From NCBI RefSeq assembly GCF_009914755.1, contig NC_060945.1: 64,000 nucleotides of DNA; one strand, 5' to 3'. Source of the stretch: the human T2T-CHM13v2.0 reference genome, Homo sapiens. This document shows, in pieces, positions 29,562-43,260 of this stretch (positions are counted from its first letter, which is position 1; each line of letters begins with the position of its first letter). A program made the position numbers and the translations under genes. The notes beneath the pieces are model-generated. The model was not told the DNA's origin. It saw only the letters and a list, made by a program, of their open reading frames with translations, and did no database searches.

Positions 29562-31230
29562 TGTATTAGTTTTCTGTGGATTACAAGCAAGTCACACATT
29601 TTGAATGTACTCAAGGAAAACTATGCTAAAGAGACTGCCAGTGAACCACTTTAGCTCATTCTAGTTCACATTCTGCTCTCCGGTCCCAATGTTTCACAAT
29701 CAAATGCAAAATATATTCACCTCATCCCCAAATTCCCAAAAGTCTTATTTTATTTCAGCATCAGTACAAGGTTAAAAATTCAATCGTCTACATCTGGTCC
29801 AGTTATATATAGATGATGCTCCTGGTTGTAATTTATTAAGTACAGCTCACGGGGTACAATTCCTCTCTATTGTGAACCTGTGAAGTAAAACAGCCAAATT
29901 GGCTACCAAAACACATCCAGCATACAATTGTGGAACAAGAATAGGATGCCAACTACAGACATTGCAGGTCAAAAGGTAAGAAATACAAGGTAAAGGAAGG
30001 GTCACTGGTCCATGACAGGTTTGAAATACAGCTGTGCTAACTCTACCTGTATTTCCTTGATTAGATTTCAGTTCTTAGGAAAAATATTGTTCATGGCTTT
30101 CAGCTATGTTCTTTACATTTTTAGTTCCAGTCATCAAATAGTCCTTCCTTTTTTATAAAATTTAGCACATGTTTATATCTTAGTTTTATCAGTCACATTC
30201 CTTCCAATCTGTAGAGTTTTTGGTGTCTGGAAATGTCCTTTAATTATGTATACTCTCTTTCCTTTTGGTCCAAGCTAGTGGTGTTTGTACTGAACTGAAT
30301 TTCTAAGGAAGTCTATGAGTCCTCCATAGACTTCCCTGGAATTTACTCCATTAGACAAAAAGTTATGGCCGCAGATCATTCTGAGATAATTTTTCTGTAC
30401 CTTGGCCTATTGCTGGGATAGCTGAGGGACACCACCCTTAAATTACCTACAGACTCTCTAATTTGATTAAGACGATCTGTAAGTCACACCCTTAATGTTT
30501 TGAAAGTCCCTTTGTGCAATTGACTACCCTGATCTTTCGATCTTTCTGAGGTTTTAGGAAAACAGTGTACAGGCATACGATCTTGCCCTCATTCTTTTCT
30601 CTAAAGTATGCTTTCCTGATAATGAGTGAATCTCTGAATTTTAATGTATTTTGCTATTTGGAGTAGCTAATAATTTCAAAATCATCCAATCCCGATCCCT
30701 TTTTTTAAAGCAAGTCTTTCTTCTATTTCTTACTTCTTGCACTTTGAGCAGAAAGAAGTAATCAAGCCCCAACTTCAATATTTTGTTTGAAAATCTCCTT
30801 AGCTGTATGACTAAATTAATTACTTACAAGTTCTACTTTCCTCATAAGTGCAGGTGAAAAATTTTGTAAATATTCTGCCACTACATGGCACAAATATTTC
30901 TTCCCCCAGTTTCAATAACATGTTGATTTCCTTCCAAGCTCTCAGCAGCAGCACTTTAGCATTCAAATCTCTGCTAACAGTCTGTTCATGGTGATTTAAA
31001 CTTTCTGTCTTGCTCTTCCAGATTGTTCTAGTCTTGACCCCCTGCCTGGTCCCAAAGCCACTCTCACATTTTAGACGTCTCTTCCAGCAGCACCCTACTC
31101 TCAGATACCAACATCTGCATTACTTTTTTATTGGTTAGGAGCAAGTTCCGGGTTTTACCCACCGGAATTATACAAGGGAATTATACAAAGGTTTGATTCA
31201 TCAGGGGTTACTTTAGGAAGTGTCTACCAT
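29562..31230 (-). mobile_element. Old MLT1 MaLR internal region with LTR remnants
   Basis: aaatgcaaaatatattcacc..cccaaaagtctt..cagcatca; aaatctccttagct..aagttctactttcc; cccaaagccac..cacatttt..cagcagcaccc..ctcagataccaa. Confidence 0.7.
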
Positions 31231-32055
31231 AGCTATGTTCATGTTTATATCAATCCCAATGAAAGACATGTTAGTGGGAATATATTTGAGAAATAGATAG
31301 TATCAAAAAATTATACTGCACATTACCATTCTCACACATGTGTGAAGGACATAAACAATGAGAAGAAATTATGCTAATCTGTTCACTGGAGCACTTGATG
31401 CACAAAGTAAGGATCATATAAACTCTGACGTGCTTTGCAATGTTTGATGGTAAACAGCCAATTGCTTTTTAATTTATAAAAGGATTTTATACTAATATAA
31501 AAGTAATTTATCTTTATGGAGCTTATCAACCTTAGCAAATACTGATTTTTTTTTCTGTACAATGAAGTAAAAATAAAGGGAAGAAAATTACTTCTATGTA
31601 AATGTAGAATATGTTGTAAAATATTCTTTGAGGATAAGATATTTTGAGTTAAATTCAGTTATTTAAATATTCACAGAACATCTATTATGGGCCAATTACT
31701 GTGCTAAAGAAAACGTGTTGTTTGAGTTATAGCATTATCTTCTAGAATCTGATAGTCAAATCAAGGAAATGTGAAAAACTATAATATTACGAGTAAGAAA
31801 AATGTTACAAATTAGGCAAGCAAAAAATGTAGTGGGCATGGGACCAGAATTAGAAAGCAAAACACATTCTTTCTCTTCTGTAAAAAAAATTAAAAAAAAT
31901 GCTTTTTGTGGAAATAGAAACTGCCTGATATAATTAAGACCCACAGGAACTGCATGAGTACTTGAGCGAAGCAACTTCTCAGAGGTAATAAAGCTCCATT
32001 AAATCACTTACCCGAGACTTCTGAGAGGGCACTTAACAGGGAATGAGTCTATAAC

Positions 32056-32082
32056 ATGTATGTATGTATGTATGTATGTATG

Positions 32083-32122
<40 letters not shown>

Positions 32123-32232
32123 ATCTATCTGTCTGTCTAGCTATCCATCCATTCATCAGCTGTCATCTTTCTAACGATCTATCATGTATCCATCTGTCAT
32201 CTATCTATCGATCGATCTGTTATCTATCTATG
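32056..32232 (+). repeat. Compound (TATG)n(TATC)n microsatellite with degenerate tail
   Basis: Direct read. Confidence 0.95.
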
Positions 32233-32644
32233 ATATGGATTGTATAATTGCTAGGTAATTCATCCAAAAAAAATCTTCTAGAATAGACTATCTCTTCTTA
32301 AAATAAAATCAATATATGGAGAAACCATATTCTAGGTCTTATCAGCTGTACTTTTATTTGTTTGCTTATAATCCAATAGCATTTTGTTGAGCAGAAAGGC
32401 CATACAGAATCCACTCCAACTTATATTGTGGTGGAGAGGATCAGGAAGAAAGAAAATTGGAAAGGGGCCAAAATGTCAGAGAAAGGAAAATGGATGCTGA
32501 AAATAGAAGCTTGATTTCATTCAAGTCCCAAAACAAATTTTACATTGTAAACGTAAAAGCATACAATTTCTTGACATTAGTAAAATACCAGACTATTCAA
32601 TATGTTTTTCATGTATTGTTTTTTAAATATCACATTAACACTGT

Positions 32645-32790
32645 TTAATACATACTACTTTTATTATCCTCATTTTATAAAGAAAGAAATAGAGGCTTAC
32701 AGAGTTTAAATAATTTGTTAAAGGTTGTACATCAGGGAAAAGACGAAGTAGACCTTCAATTCACCCGATTTGGCTACTTAAAGCTCATTA
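32645..32790 (-). mobile_element. MIR fragment
   Basis: ttattatcctcattttataaagaaagaaatagaggcttacagagtttaaataatttg resembles the MIR core. Confidence 0.65.
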
Positions 32791-34179
32791 CAGAGTATAT
32801 CTTTTAGATGCAGACCAAGATTAATTGGATTCTTTGTTATACTATCTCTGGAAGAGGGTCTAGAATTTTAATCGGCATCAAGATATGATTGATTCTCTGT
32901 AGTAGATAACTTTGGCTTCAAATAAAAAGCCAGAAAACAGTAGAGCTTACCAGAACCATTATCATTAAAAATGAACTTCAGCATTTACCCAAGTGCCACC
33001 CTATACTTAGAATTTACCCAAGGCCCCCTTATACTTTAGTTCAGGGGAAAAAAGTTTATTGTATTGACTACCTAAAAAAGGATATAAAAGTATAAAAATA
33101 CATTTGTTTAAAACACATATTTGAAATGTATTATACTGATGTTCTAAGGGATTGTAAACTATTTTTGACACCAAAAATTTCAAATAAAATGCATACATAT
33201 ATTTTTTAGAAATAAATACAATATATATAAATCCTAAGTCTACAAGTATTATAAATACTTAAATTGAAACAAGCAATGAAATTTCTGTAAAAAACAAAAC
33301 CTGCTTTTAATTAGAACATTTTATTAGTGCAAAATTAATCAGAACTAAGAAAATTTTTGAGATTAAAACATATTTAATTCTATTTGACAAACATACCATT
33401 CAGGAATAATTATTTTTCTGCAGATATTCATTTATTTGTTCATTTGGGAATGATTTAGGACATACTTATATAAAAAGGTCTACCTGATCTAATCCACGTT
33501 AGTCAGTTATGTAATTAGTCTTCCATTGCAAAATAGATTTTGATGTACATACCAGGGTTTTGTCTATAATTTGTATTACATTCTTTAGCTCCAATTGAAA
33601 ATAGTAATGCATATCATAAAAAGATGTATAGGCTATAAATGCATTTTTATTGTTCTCACTCCAAAAATTTTCTACTACAAATCATCAAAATATTATTGTG
33701 TTCTACTTCCTTGTATATATATATTATTTTTTGGTAAACATTGACAATTCAAAGGAAAACTCCCTAACATAGTACTGTGTTATATATTTCAGAAATGATC
33801 ATTTCAATTTATGGGTTAAAAATGGTGCTCTGTATGAGTAGACAGACAATTTAGCCAGATATATTATATGTCTGTATTTGGCAACTACATGTAAATTGAA
33901 GGTTTACAATTATATGTTTTATTATTTGGTCCATAATAATATTCATATTTACACCAAGTTTTGGGTATTTTCTTCCCAGGACTTATCAATATTAATAATT
34001 CAATGCATATTTAGTTAATTGAAAGTAAATATAAACCACAGTGTTATTTTTTACTATTGTTTACAGAAATAACAAAATTTGAAAATATATAAAATGTGAA
34101 AGTTTTCTATATGAAATATATTTTGTCATAAATTACCAAATAAATACTAATACAACATTTAAGTTGAATTATTACTGGG

Positions 34180-35290
34180 CTAGTCCAATGTATAGCTTAC
34201 TTGTACTGACAATATGCAACACATGATGGGCAGTTCCAGCTTTGCGGTCACTTGTATCCCATTTTCAGATATTTCCCCTCTTCCAGGACACTGTAGCACT
34301 ACTGACACCATTTAACCAATATGTATAATTATCTGCTGCAGGTGACATGGCCTTGCTTCAGAACTAGGGTATTATATTATAGGATGGCTAAGTTTGCCAT
34401 AAACCTCATGCAACATCTTTTCCTACTACAGATAACTCTAATATTGTGGGATTTGCTGGGTCACATGGCCCAAGAGCCAAGCCATGTGCACCACACTGTT
34501 GACCTTCTGCTGAGCCCTTTCTTGATCTGGGTGTCAATGAAACTAACAGCCTGCCATCTGAGCAGTAGGTTGAGATGTGGAATATGCTATCTCCAGGACT
34601 TGAAAATTCCTACCAGGTGTTATGCTTTCTTAGTAAGTGGAGGTATGCAGTGCAAGTATTTTTTCTTTATTCTGCAATAAATAAACCAGCATGCTCTGGA
34701 TAACTAGATTCTTGAAACTATTGAAGTGCTGGGCAAGTGAATATTTATAAGTTTATCTCCAGATTTGGGAGGAACTTCCATCTTATAAAGGTCTCTCATG
34801 TGTTTGCCACATCTTCCTTTTATGAACCTATGATAATGTCAAAAATACAATGGACCAATATAATGTTCTGTAGAATGTCCAGATGGCTTCAGATCCCTTT
34901 GGTCTATATTAAGACAGAGGGCAGAGAAATTATCATAGCCTTTCTGCTAAACTGTTACCATTTTTGTTATCTTTTTGTTACACACCACATACACACCACA
35001 GTGTTTGGAGGCTATTAATCTGGACTAGAAGATGACACATTAGAACCTACAGCTGCAACATGGACTCGCAAGCTTAATTAATTGAAAATCTGATGGAAAC
35101 AAGCAATGTTGCATGTTTAAGTCAGTTGCACATTCCCCTGGGCTGTGATATTGCTTTCAGTTTACTCTCCTGGACAGGATAGGTAAAAGGCAATTCTATA
35201 GTCTTACGCTTGGCCATGTCTACTCCACAGACCTCAAAATTATGTGGTCTAATTATCAAGCTTGTCCATTGCAACTGTGCATTATATATA
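34180..35290 (-). pseudogene. Ancient ERVL pol relic (protease C-terminus, RT, tether), multiply disabled
   Basis: Manual minus-strand translation gives CTVAMDKLDN*, RVN*KQYHSPG, ALCLNIDQRDL/HLDILQNIILVHCIFDII (YIDD position), LVGIFKSWR*HIPHL, GPCDPANPTILELSVVGKDVA*GLWQ, F*SKAMSPAADNYT; collinear with HERV-L/MuERV-L Pol. Confidence 0.88.
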
Positions 35291-35458
35291 TCTATGCTAT
35301 GCTATCCTATACCATATTATATTATATTATATTATACATTAAAGTATATCTATTATATATATGCTATATTATATAGTATATAGTATATTACACACACATA
35401 TATGTATCTATACACACACACACACACACACACACACAGAGCCCACATTGTATATATA

Positions 35459-35812
35459 TTGAGTATCACTTATCAAAAATGCTTGGGACCAGAAGTGTTT
35501 GTTACATTTTGGATTTTTTCAGATTTTGGAATATTTGCGTATACATAATAAGATGTCTTGGGAATGGGATTCAAGTCTAAACACAAAATCCAGTTATGTT
35601 TTACATACACATTATACACAAAGCCTAAGTGTAATTTTATGCAATAGTTTAAATATTTTGTGCATAAAACAAAGTTTTGACTGCAACGTGTCATATGAAC
35701 TCAGGTGTGGAATTTTCCATTTCTCGCACATCATGTTGGTGCTCAAAAAGTTTTGTATTTTGGAGCATTTTCAATTTGGGAGCATTTTGGATTTCAGATT
35801 TTCCATTAGAGG
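35459..35812 (+). mobile_element. Tigger4b (MER46B/Zombi-type) DNA transposon with eroded TIR tips
   Basis: ttgagtatcacttatcaaaaatgcttgggaccagaagtgttt..aagtctaaacacaaaat..tcaggtgtggaattttcca..gctcaaaaagttt..ttttggagcattt. Confidence 0.88.
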
Positions 35813-35963
35813 TGTGTGCATGTATACACGTACATATACACGTGTGCGTGTGTGCATACATACACACACAAGTACATATATAAATGTATAATTGCAATGG
35901 ACAAGCTTGATAATATCCACATATCTGTATCCTATCTATAATATGTATGTGTGCATACACATT

Positions 35964-36755
35964 TGAAGTGGAAAATGTTCCCTTGTCCCCCTCGTAGGGC
36001 TTGCGATAGGGGTGTGGCTCGCTTCTTTAGTGCCCCGCTGCTGAGACCTCCAGGGTAGCACACAGATGGGCAGGCTGTGGGGCTCCCATCCCACGGCATT
36101 GTCTAGGGGTGAATGTTTGCAGCTCCTGAACGCCCAGTGGGCGTGTGTTACTGTGTGCTCTTTTAGTTTGCTGTCTATAGGTGGCTTGTGTTAACCAGCT
36201 CAATTAGACCCTCTACCTTGTCACAAGGACAGAGGGCTTTCTGTATCCTGAGCTCTTGCCCTGTTGTACGGGAAGAATCAGATCACTCGTGGGCTTGGAG
36301 AATGAGTGCAAGGTTTTATTGAGTGGAGGTAGCTCTCAGAAGATGAGGGAGCCAGAAGGGAGATGGTTTTCCCCTGGAGTCGCACAGCTTGGCGGCCTGG
36401 GCTCTCTCCTGACTGCCCTAGTTGTTCTGCCAGCGCCTTTTGGTACTTTCCTCTCCGAGTCCAGCTGCCCGTGTGTTCCTCCGCCGATGTGTTCCTCTTG
36501 CCATCCAGCTGCCTGTGTGTCTGCCTGCTAGAGCCTCAGGGTTTTTATAGGCACAGGATGGGGGTGTGGCAGGCCAGGGTGGTCTTTGGAAATGCAACAT
36601 TTGGCCAGGAAAACAAAAAAATGCCTGTCCTCACCTAGGTCCGTGGGGGTGGAGGCCTAGCCAGGGACCATGCCCTTCTCTACCCAGCACTTCCCTGCCC
36701 CCTTCCATATCATTTAAAGGAACCATGCCCTTCCCAGCACTTCCCTTCCACATCA
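35964..36755 (-). mobile_element. ERV1-class solo LTR (LTR27/28/MER52-like; subfamily uncertain)
   Basis: GC-rich ~790 bp with TG...CA ends, 4-bp TSD catt/caat, minus-strand TATAAAA (~36543-36549) and AATAAA (~36315-36320). Confidence 0.8.
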
Positions 36756-37400
36756 CAATTAGGGTTGGATTCATTTATAACCTGGCATCCATATGCCCCA
36801 ACTCTAAAAGATGCCGTGATAACACTCAGGTTCCTCAGTATCAGTGACTATTTACACTCTACGTCTAATAGTCACTGAAAGATTTGTGTTCTTCAATGGG
36901 TTAAATGGCTTAGGATCTTTGGAGAAGAAGGGACGGACTCATTACCAAACAGATTTGACATTCTGCTGCAGGTTCCTTTCTTAGGAAGACTTGGCCTTCA
37001 TCCAGTCGTGTGGTTCTGAATCTTAACACTGCGTAAACCTCAGCACCTGGACAAGGGGCTGTGACATTTTATTAGAATGACTTCCCCAGGCTCGTGATCG
37101 TTCATTCTAGATTTCTTTTGTTTGCAACGATTGAGCAATACCCTTTTTGGTTGCCCATTGATATTGCCCCTCAGAATAATGTTGTAATAGCCATTCCCAT
37201 TGCTCTTGCTGATTATATACATACCCTCCTGTTTGCAATACTTTGTAGCCTCCCATTGCATTAATGTGTCTGCTTTTTTCTTCATGGTTAAGTATTAACA
37301 TGTGGCCTCTATTACTGCAGAATTTTATCATTACTTTTCTCTTAGGAATTCCAGTTCTGTAACAGTATCTCTAATGGGCCGTCATGTCCTACAGAGGACA
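36756..37400 (-). pseudogene. Ancient ERVL gag C-terminus/protease relic (continuation of 34180-35290)
   Basis: QEQWEWLLQH + RGNINGQPKRVLLNRCKQKKSR (ERVL Gag C-terminal block) and QIFQ*LLDVECK*SLIL (protease LLDTG position). Confidence 0.8.
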
Positions 37401-38902
37401 GCCAATGCTGAACTTTTAAATGAGTTATTTTAATTGAGTAATAAAAAATCAGACAAAACTACACTTTATGTTTGGAAAATCACTGAGTGGGGATACAAAG
37501 AGAAAATTAAAGAGAAATATTCTTTGTGGAGAAAAATTGGAAAATGTGCCTGATGTATTTAAGAAATAGCAAAAAGGACAATGTAGCTGGCATGAACAAT
37601 CAAAAGAGTAGTAGGCATTGATGCTATACATACATATATATATGTATATAGGTACACAAATACATATATTTATGTACATATGTTTCTGTGCATATGTAAA
37701 GATATCTTTCTGAATCCAGATGCAATATAAAATTAAAGCTCTCACAATTGCTTTCAAAGTTCAACAAGGTCTATACAGACATAAATACATATATTAAAAA
37801 GTATATATACACACACATTTCTCATACAATAAATTTGTATTTTATATATAATATTGTATATTACAAGAAATTAACATATTATTACATGTTATGTATTTAT
37901 TATATATTATTATAAATGTATATGTTCCTGATAGTATACATATTATGTAAAAATATATATACTATGAGAAAAAATATATATGTAGACATTGTGAGAGCTT
38001 GAGAGCCATTGTAGGAACTTTGATTTTATGTTACATGAAGTGTAGAACAGTTCTAGAATTTTGATAAGGTAACTAACATCACTCTTTTAAAAATACTCTT
38101 GTCTCTTATTTTGAGATTATACTGTAGGAAATGATGTGTGGATGTATTAACGTTAATTAAGAACCGAATACAGAAATAAATGAGAAATAACAGAATGTAA
38201 CTTGGATGATAACCTTGGAGTGGATGATTAATCGTCAATAGTTGATTTGATGTCAATAAAAATAATAGGAATAGTAGCTCTATCCCCAAGATATAAAGTC
38301 TGAGAAAAGATTGGATGAGACACAACAATTGACTCTTAGGTATGATTTTTTTCCCTTTTTTTATGGATCCTGAATTTGAAAAACAAAACAAAGCAAAAAG
38401 CAACAAAGAATATTATTGGAACAATTAGGAAAGTTGAAATATGCACTGTATGTTACATAACACCATTGAATTAAGATTCAATTTCCTGAATCAGATATTT
38501 ATTTCATGGTTACATATGATGAATGCCCTTGTTCTTAGGAGATGTTTGATGAAGCATTTCACAATGAAGTGCCACGGTATCTTTAATGAATTCTTAAATG
38601 CGTCAGCAAAAAATAAATAAATAAAATGGATGAGAAGAAAAGGTCAGTACTATTTAGAAATAGAGAAAAATAGAGCAGATGAAATTCACTCTTAGATTGA
38701 ATTTATGCTGCAGGAGAAACAGCATTCAAGAAAAATGATAATGTTTTCAACTGAGCAATACAGAATAAAGTTTCCATCAATAAGATGTAAAAGGATGTGG
38801 GAGGAGATAGGTGTTGAAGGAAGAACAGTACTAGTGTGGTTTTGGAAAATTTAAGTTAAAGCTGCTGATTAAACACTGAATTAGTGACAATAAGTATGTA
38901 GT

Positions 38903-39466
38903 TATTTTTATTTTTTTACTTTTTAAAAGATACATGTGCAGTTTCTCACATGGATGCATTGTGTAATGGTACCATTTAGGCTGCTAGTATACCCATCACC
39001 AAGTTAGTGAACACTGTTCCTAATAGGTAATTTTCAACTTGTATTCCCATCTCATACTCTCCTGCCTTTTGGAGTCCTTGGCATTTATTTTTTCCATCTT
39101 CATGTCCCTGTGTATCAATTGCTTAGGTCCCCATAATAAGTGAGAACATGTAGTATTTGATTTTCTGTTTCTAAGTTATTTCACTTAGGATAATGGCCTC
39201 CAGCTCCATCCATGTTGCTACAGAGGATACAATTTTATTCTTTTTATTGCTGCATAGTATTCTATGATGTATATTTACCACATTTTCTTTATTTAATCAG
39301 CCGTTGATGGACACGTAGGTTGATTCCATGTCTTTGCTACTGTGAATAGTGTTGAGATTATGTATGGATGTAGGTGTCTCTTTTATATAATGATTTCTTT
39401 TGGGTAGATAGTAGTGGGATTGCTGGGTTGAATGGTTGTTATACTTTTAGTTATTTAAGGAATCTT
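38903..39466 (-). mobile_element. L1PB-type 3' end
   Basis: tacccatcacc..aataggtaattttcaac..ataagtgagaacatg..ggataatggcctccagctccatccatgttgct; TSD tgtagttatt / tgtagttact. Confidence 0.88.
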
Positions 39467-42400
39467 TGTAGTTACTTCTGGAAGTTTGTAGTGAAGGTAA
39501 GTGTTCACAATTAAAAACAAAGATTTGGATATCATTTACGTAGTGATGTTATTTTAGCACAGGCTGCATGAAACCATAAACAGCTTAGAAGAAAACGAAA
39601 ACACAAGAATAAAAACTATTTCCTCAGCTATGATGGTCATTTCTAATTGTAGAAATGAGGTAATAAAAGAAAATTTATGCTCATTTCTAATATTTTAATG
39701 ACAGTATATTCAACTGTCATTTGTAAAATTTTTTATAAAGCCAAATATCTCTTTCCCATAAATGGAGCAGTAGATACGAAATGATAATGAATATTTCAAA
39801 ATTATTAGGGCATTCAGTCAATATTCGAAACTGAGAATAGATATATCAAAACACAAATTAACACACCTATTTTCAGTTTCACCTCACACTATTTCTCTTA
39901 TAACCACAGATATTAGCTATAAAATGAAAATACCCTGAGTGAATCATGGCCCCAATTCCTACTAAGCATGTGGAATGTTTGATATAACTAGTGTATTATT
40001 TCTGATTACTGTTTTGAAACTTACCAATATTAGCAAAAATATTGGAAGTCATGGTTAAACGCAATGATTACTATAAACACATATACACATGAGTAAATAG
40101 TAATGTATATAGATTATCCTATTTATAAAGTGTATCTGGTTACTAACGCTTCCCAATTAAAGATGCTAAGAAATATTTATTGAACACTCATTATAAGCTA
40201 CATTTTATTCTTGATATTTTAGTTTGAAATATGTCCAAGACATGTTTTCTACCTTTGAAAATCTTACAATCTACGACGGGAAGCACATACCTCACTAAAA
40301 ATATCCATATACTAAATACAGTAATAAGAATATTCAAAGTCCTACAAAAATACAAGAAGAACATTTTATTCATTAGAATCGTTTATTCATTAGAATCATA
40401 CATTGCATTCAATTGTTATGTCTCATCCATTATGTAAATGAATAAGAAGGGTAAAATCCTGCCCCTGTCAGAGACCTTGTGAATATACATTTGTGAATAG
40501 TAACTTCATTTCTATTACCCTTACGTTTTAAGTTGTAGCGTTATTTCGAGAGGAATGAATACAAGCATTGAGCAATCAGCCGAACGCATGGGTAATCCTT
40601 TAAGTTCTGAAATCAAGACTCAGGGGCGAGGGCCCTGCTGGAGTTCTATAGAACAGCAACGTGTGTACATACCACCAGTGGCTGAATGACCTAGAGGGGT
40701 TCATGTACAGTTTTCTTTGCAGAATTCTCAGAGGGTTTTCAGCAAAGTTGTAACAACTATGTAACCCAGACCTACATCTCCCCCTTTCTAGTAGATTCAA
40801 AGAAATCTCTATAATCAGTTCCTTGAAATTGGAAGTGAGTCCACTGTGAGAAAATTGATGAATGTTTGTTTACCTGCTGGGTGTAAAAATGGAAAAATAT
40901 CAACCTAAGGAAGTATTTGTTTTAATCTTGTGTTGTGCTTGATGATTATGCAGCAACTGGAAACGGGCTATAGGGCAAGAAATCAGGAGGCAGCCACACA
41001 CTCAGAAGTTCAGTGCTGGCCAACAGATATTTATTTGCTGCCAAAAGATTTCTGCTCACCAGAAAGCAGGGTGGTTCCAGGATATTTATATACCCTACAG
41101 CTGCAGCATGGTTTATAACTCAAATACTGGAGAATCTCCACATCTCTGTATCTCAGGGATACAAATAGAAACATGTTAAAGGAGGATGCTTTTGGACTTT
41201 ATCCTTTTTAAATTATGGCTTAAGCACAAAAATGTTACAAAAAAATGTTTGGGGGTGTGACAAGGAGATTGGGGGCTACTGCACACTTATTAAGTTATGA
41301 GACTTCAAGTATTCCAGAAAGCTTCATGTTTATTATAAGCCTATTGGCGTATGTTATGAAAAAGTTACATACTCTGTTTAAATATTGTATAACTCAGTTC
41401 TATCTTATTGTTACATATTCAAACATAGAAAGGAAAGTGTCTTTCAAGAGGTCAAAGAAAACAAAAACTTCAAGAGGTCAAAGAAAACAAAAATGTTAAC
41501 TTAGAAAAGTAGACCACCAATTCTAGGGCAAGAAAAGTTACAAGCTTGAGTATGCTGCAGGTGGGTTTTCAATGTATATGGAAGTAGTTTCCATGTCTCA
41601 AGCAATGAAAATAAATATAATTTAAAATAGACAGAGGTTTCACATGGCAGGGAGAAATTGAGTCCATCGAAACCATAAAAAGTGCAAACAGAAGATAAAA
41701 GGAATGTACGTGTGTCTAAGAGAACTGTGCCATTCAGCAGCCACTAAAACACCACCACTTAGGAACAAGGCAGAATGTAAATTCCACATGGGCATAGAGA
41801 TTTGTTCATTGCTATGTCAGTAGCACTTAAAATAGTATGTGGCTTACATGTTGCTAAGTACATATTTGTGGAATATTTGAATTAATGAAGAAAGATGGGA
41901 TGAGTGTTTACAGAGGAACATAAAAAAGAAACATTTTAATAATATAAAAAAGCTTTGTCTATTTGAAAGTAAATTAAACATAAATACCAAGTTGAGTCTA
42001 GGGACATGTTAGATAAGGTGCTTAAAGTTTGTTTGAGGTGCTGCTGAATCCCCCATCACCATCTATCTGGGCAGAGACACAGAATTCACAATTACTCTGG
42101 ACCTATGTTTCCTTACCTTAGTGCAAACCATTCTATCGAACTGCTATTTTTATAACAATATCTTCTGTTTCTCTTAAAACTTACTGTGTATTTCATTCAC
42201 TTAGAGTTTGGTTAACTAACTAATTAGATATAAACCATTATCACTATGTTGATATGACTGACATTTAAAAATGTAATTGGCTCTCCCTGGTTTATATGTC
42301 CACAAACGATTTGATATAAAGATGGATAGATGAATGATTAATGATAGATAGAAAGATAAATTGATATAGATAGATAAATGATAGATATAAACATATAAGT

Positions 42401-43260
42401 AGACTCAAATATTTAGGGGTCTTCAAACTTGCAAAACTGAAATGAAGAATAAAGCTATCTCCAGCCCTCTAGGAGGCTATTTAGGAATAGCTTTATTAAA
42501 AGTTATTTTCAGATATTTTTATACTGAATTTATATCCATAGACACATAAAAAGTGATACTATGCTAATATTGATAGTAATGTAAAGTTCAAGTCTTTTCA
42601 GATCATTTTTACTCTGCATAATGAGCCTAGAATAAAAGAGAAACTCCAGAGTTAAAATGGATGTAAAGTTCTAGATCATAGTAAGAATAAAATACTTTTC
42701 CTATAATAGGCCATTATGCCAAGGGAATGGTCTTACTTATTGTTGCACAAGTGTCTTGAAAAGGACTTATGGCTATATTTCCTCTAGGGATTTCATCATT
42801 TCAGATTACAAAAATTCATTAATCTCCAAAGTCCTAAATATTGTCATTTTTGTAAATAAGTACTCACAGAGCATCCCAGATACAATGTCATAGCTTGACC
42901 AGAAATTAGTAGTCGTTTATATCTTTTTATTCTTACCCATTTAGTGGATCATTGAGAAAGTTCAGTGCCAAGAGATCAGCCATGTCAACAATGGCCCTAG
43001 AGTTAAGGGGGTTTCTCTCAGAATTATAACACCTACTTTCTAAATTTGGACCAGTATCTTTTCCATTCTAATAGTGGTTTTCAAACTTCTCTAAGACCAC
43101 CAGAAAAAGAAATTAGTGGGATCAGGATTCTGGAGCTTCTGAGCCCTCTGGCCCTGGTTCCGCTGGACATATTTTATTCTATCCCATATCTAGCTTTTAT
43201 GATAAATTTTGCTAAGAAAAGGTTTATCTTACTAAAATCTTCAAAAATCTTATATACTGG

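Noticed and set aside
32006-32050. Perfect minus-strand donor GG|GTAAGT
   Set aside because: No credible polypyrimidine acceptor (upstream is an ATAC/ATAG STR); expected by chance.
34321-34680. 119-aa plus-strand ORF
   Set aside because: Antisense shadow of the ERVL pol relic.
36256-36847. GC-rich segment with several ORFs, superficially promoter/exon-like
   Set aside because: Explained by the ERV1 solo LTR; CpGs are largely decayed, so not a CpG island.
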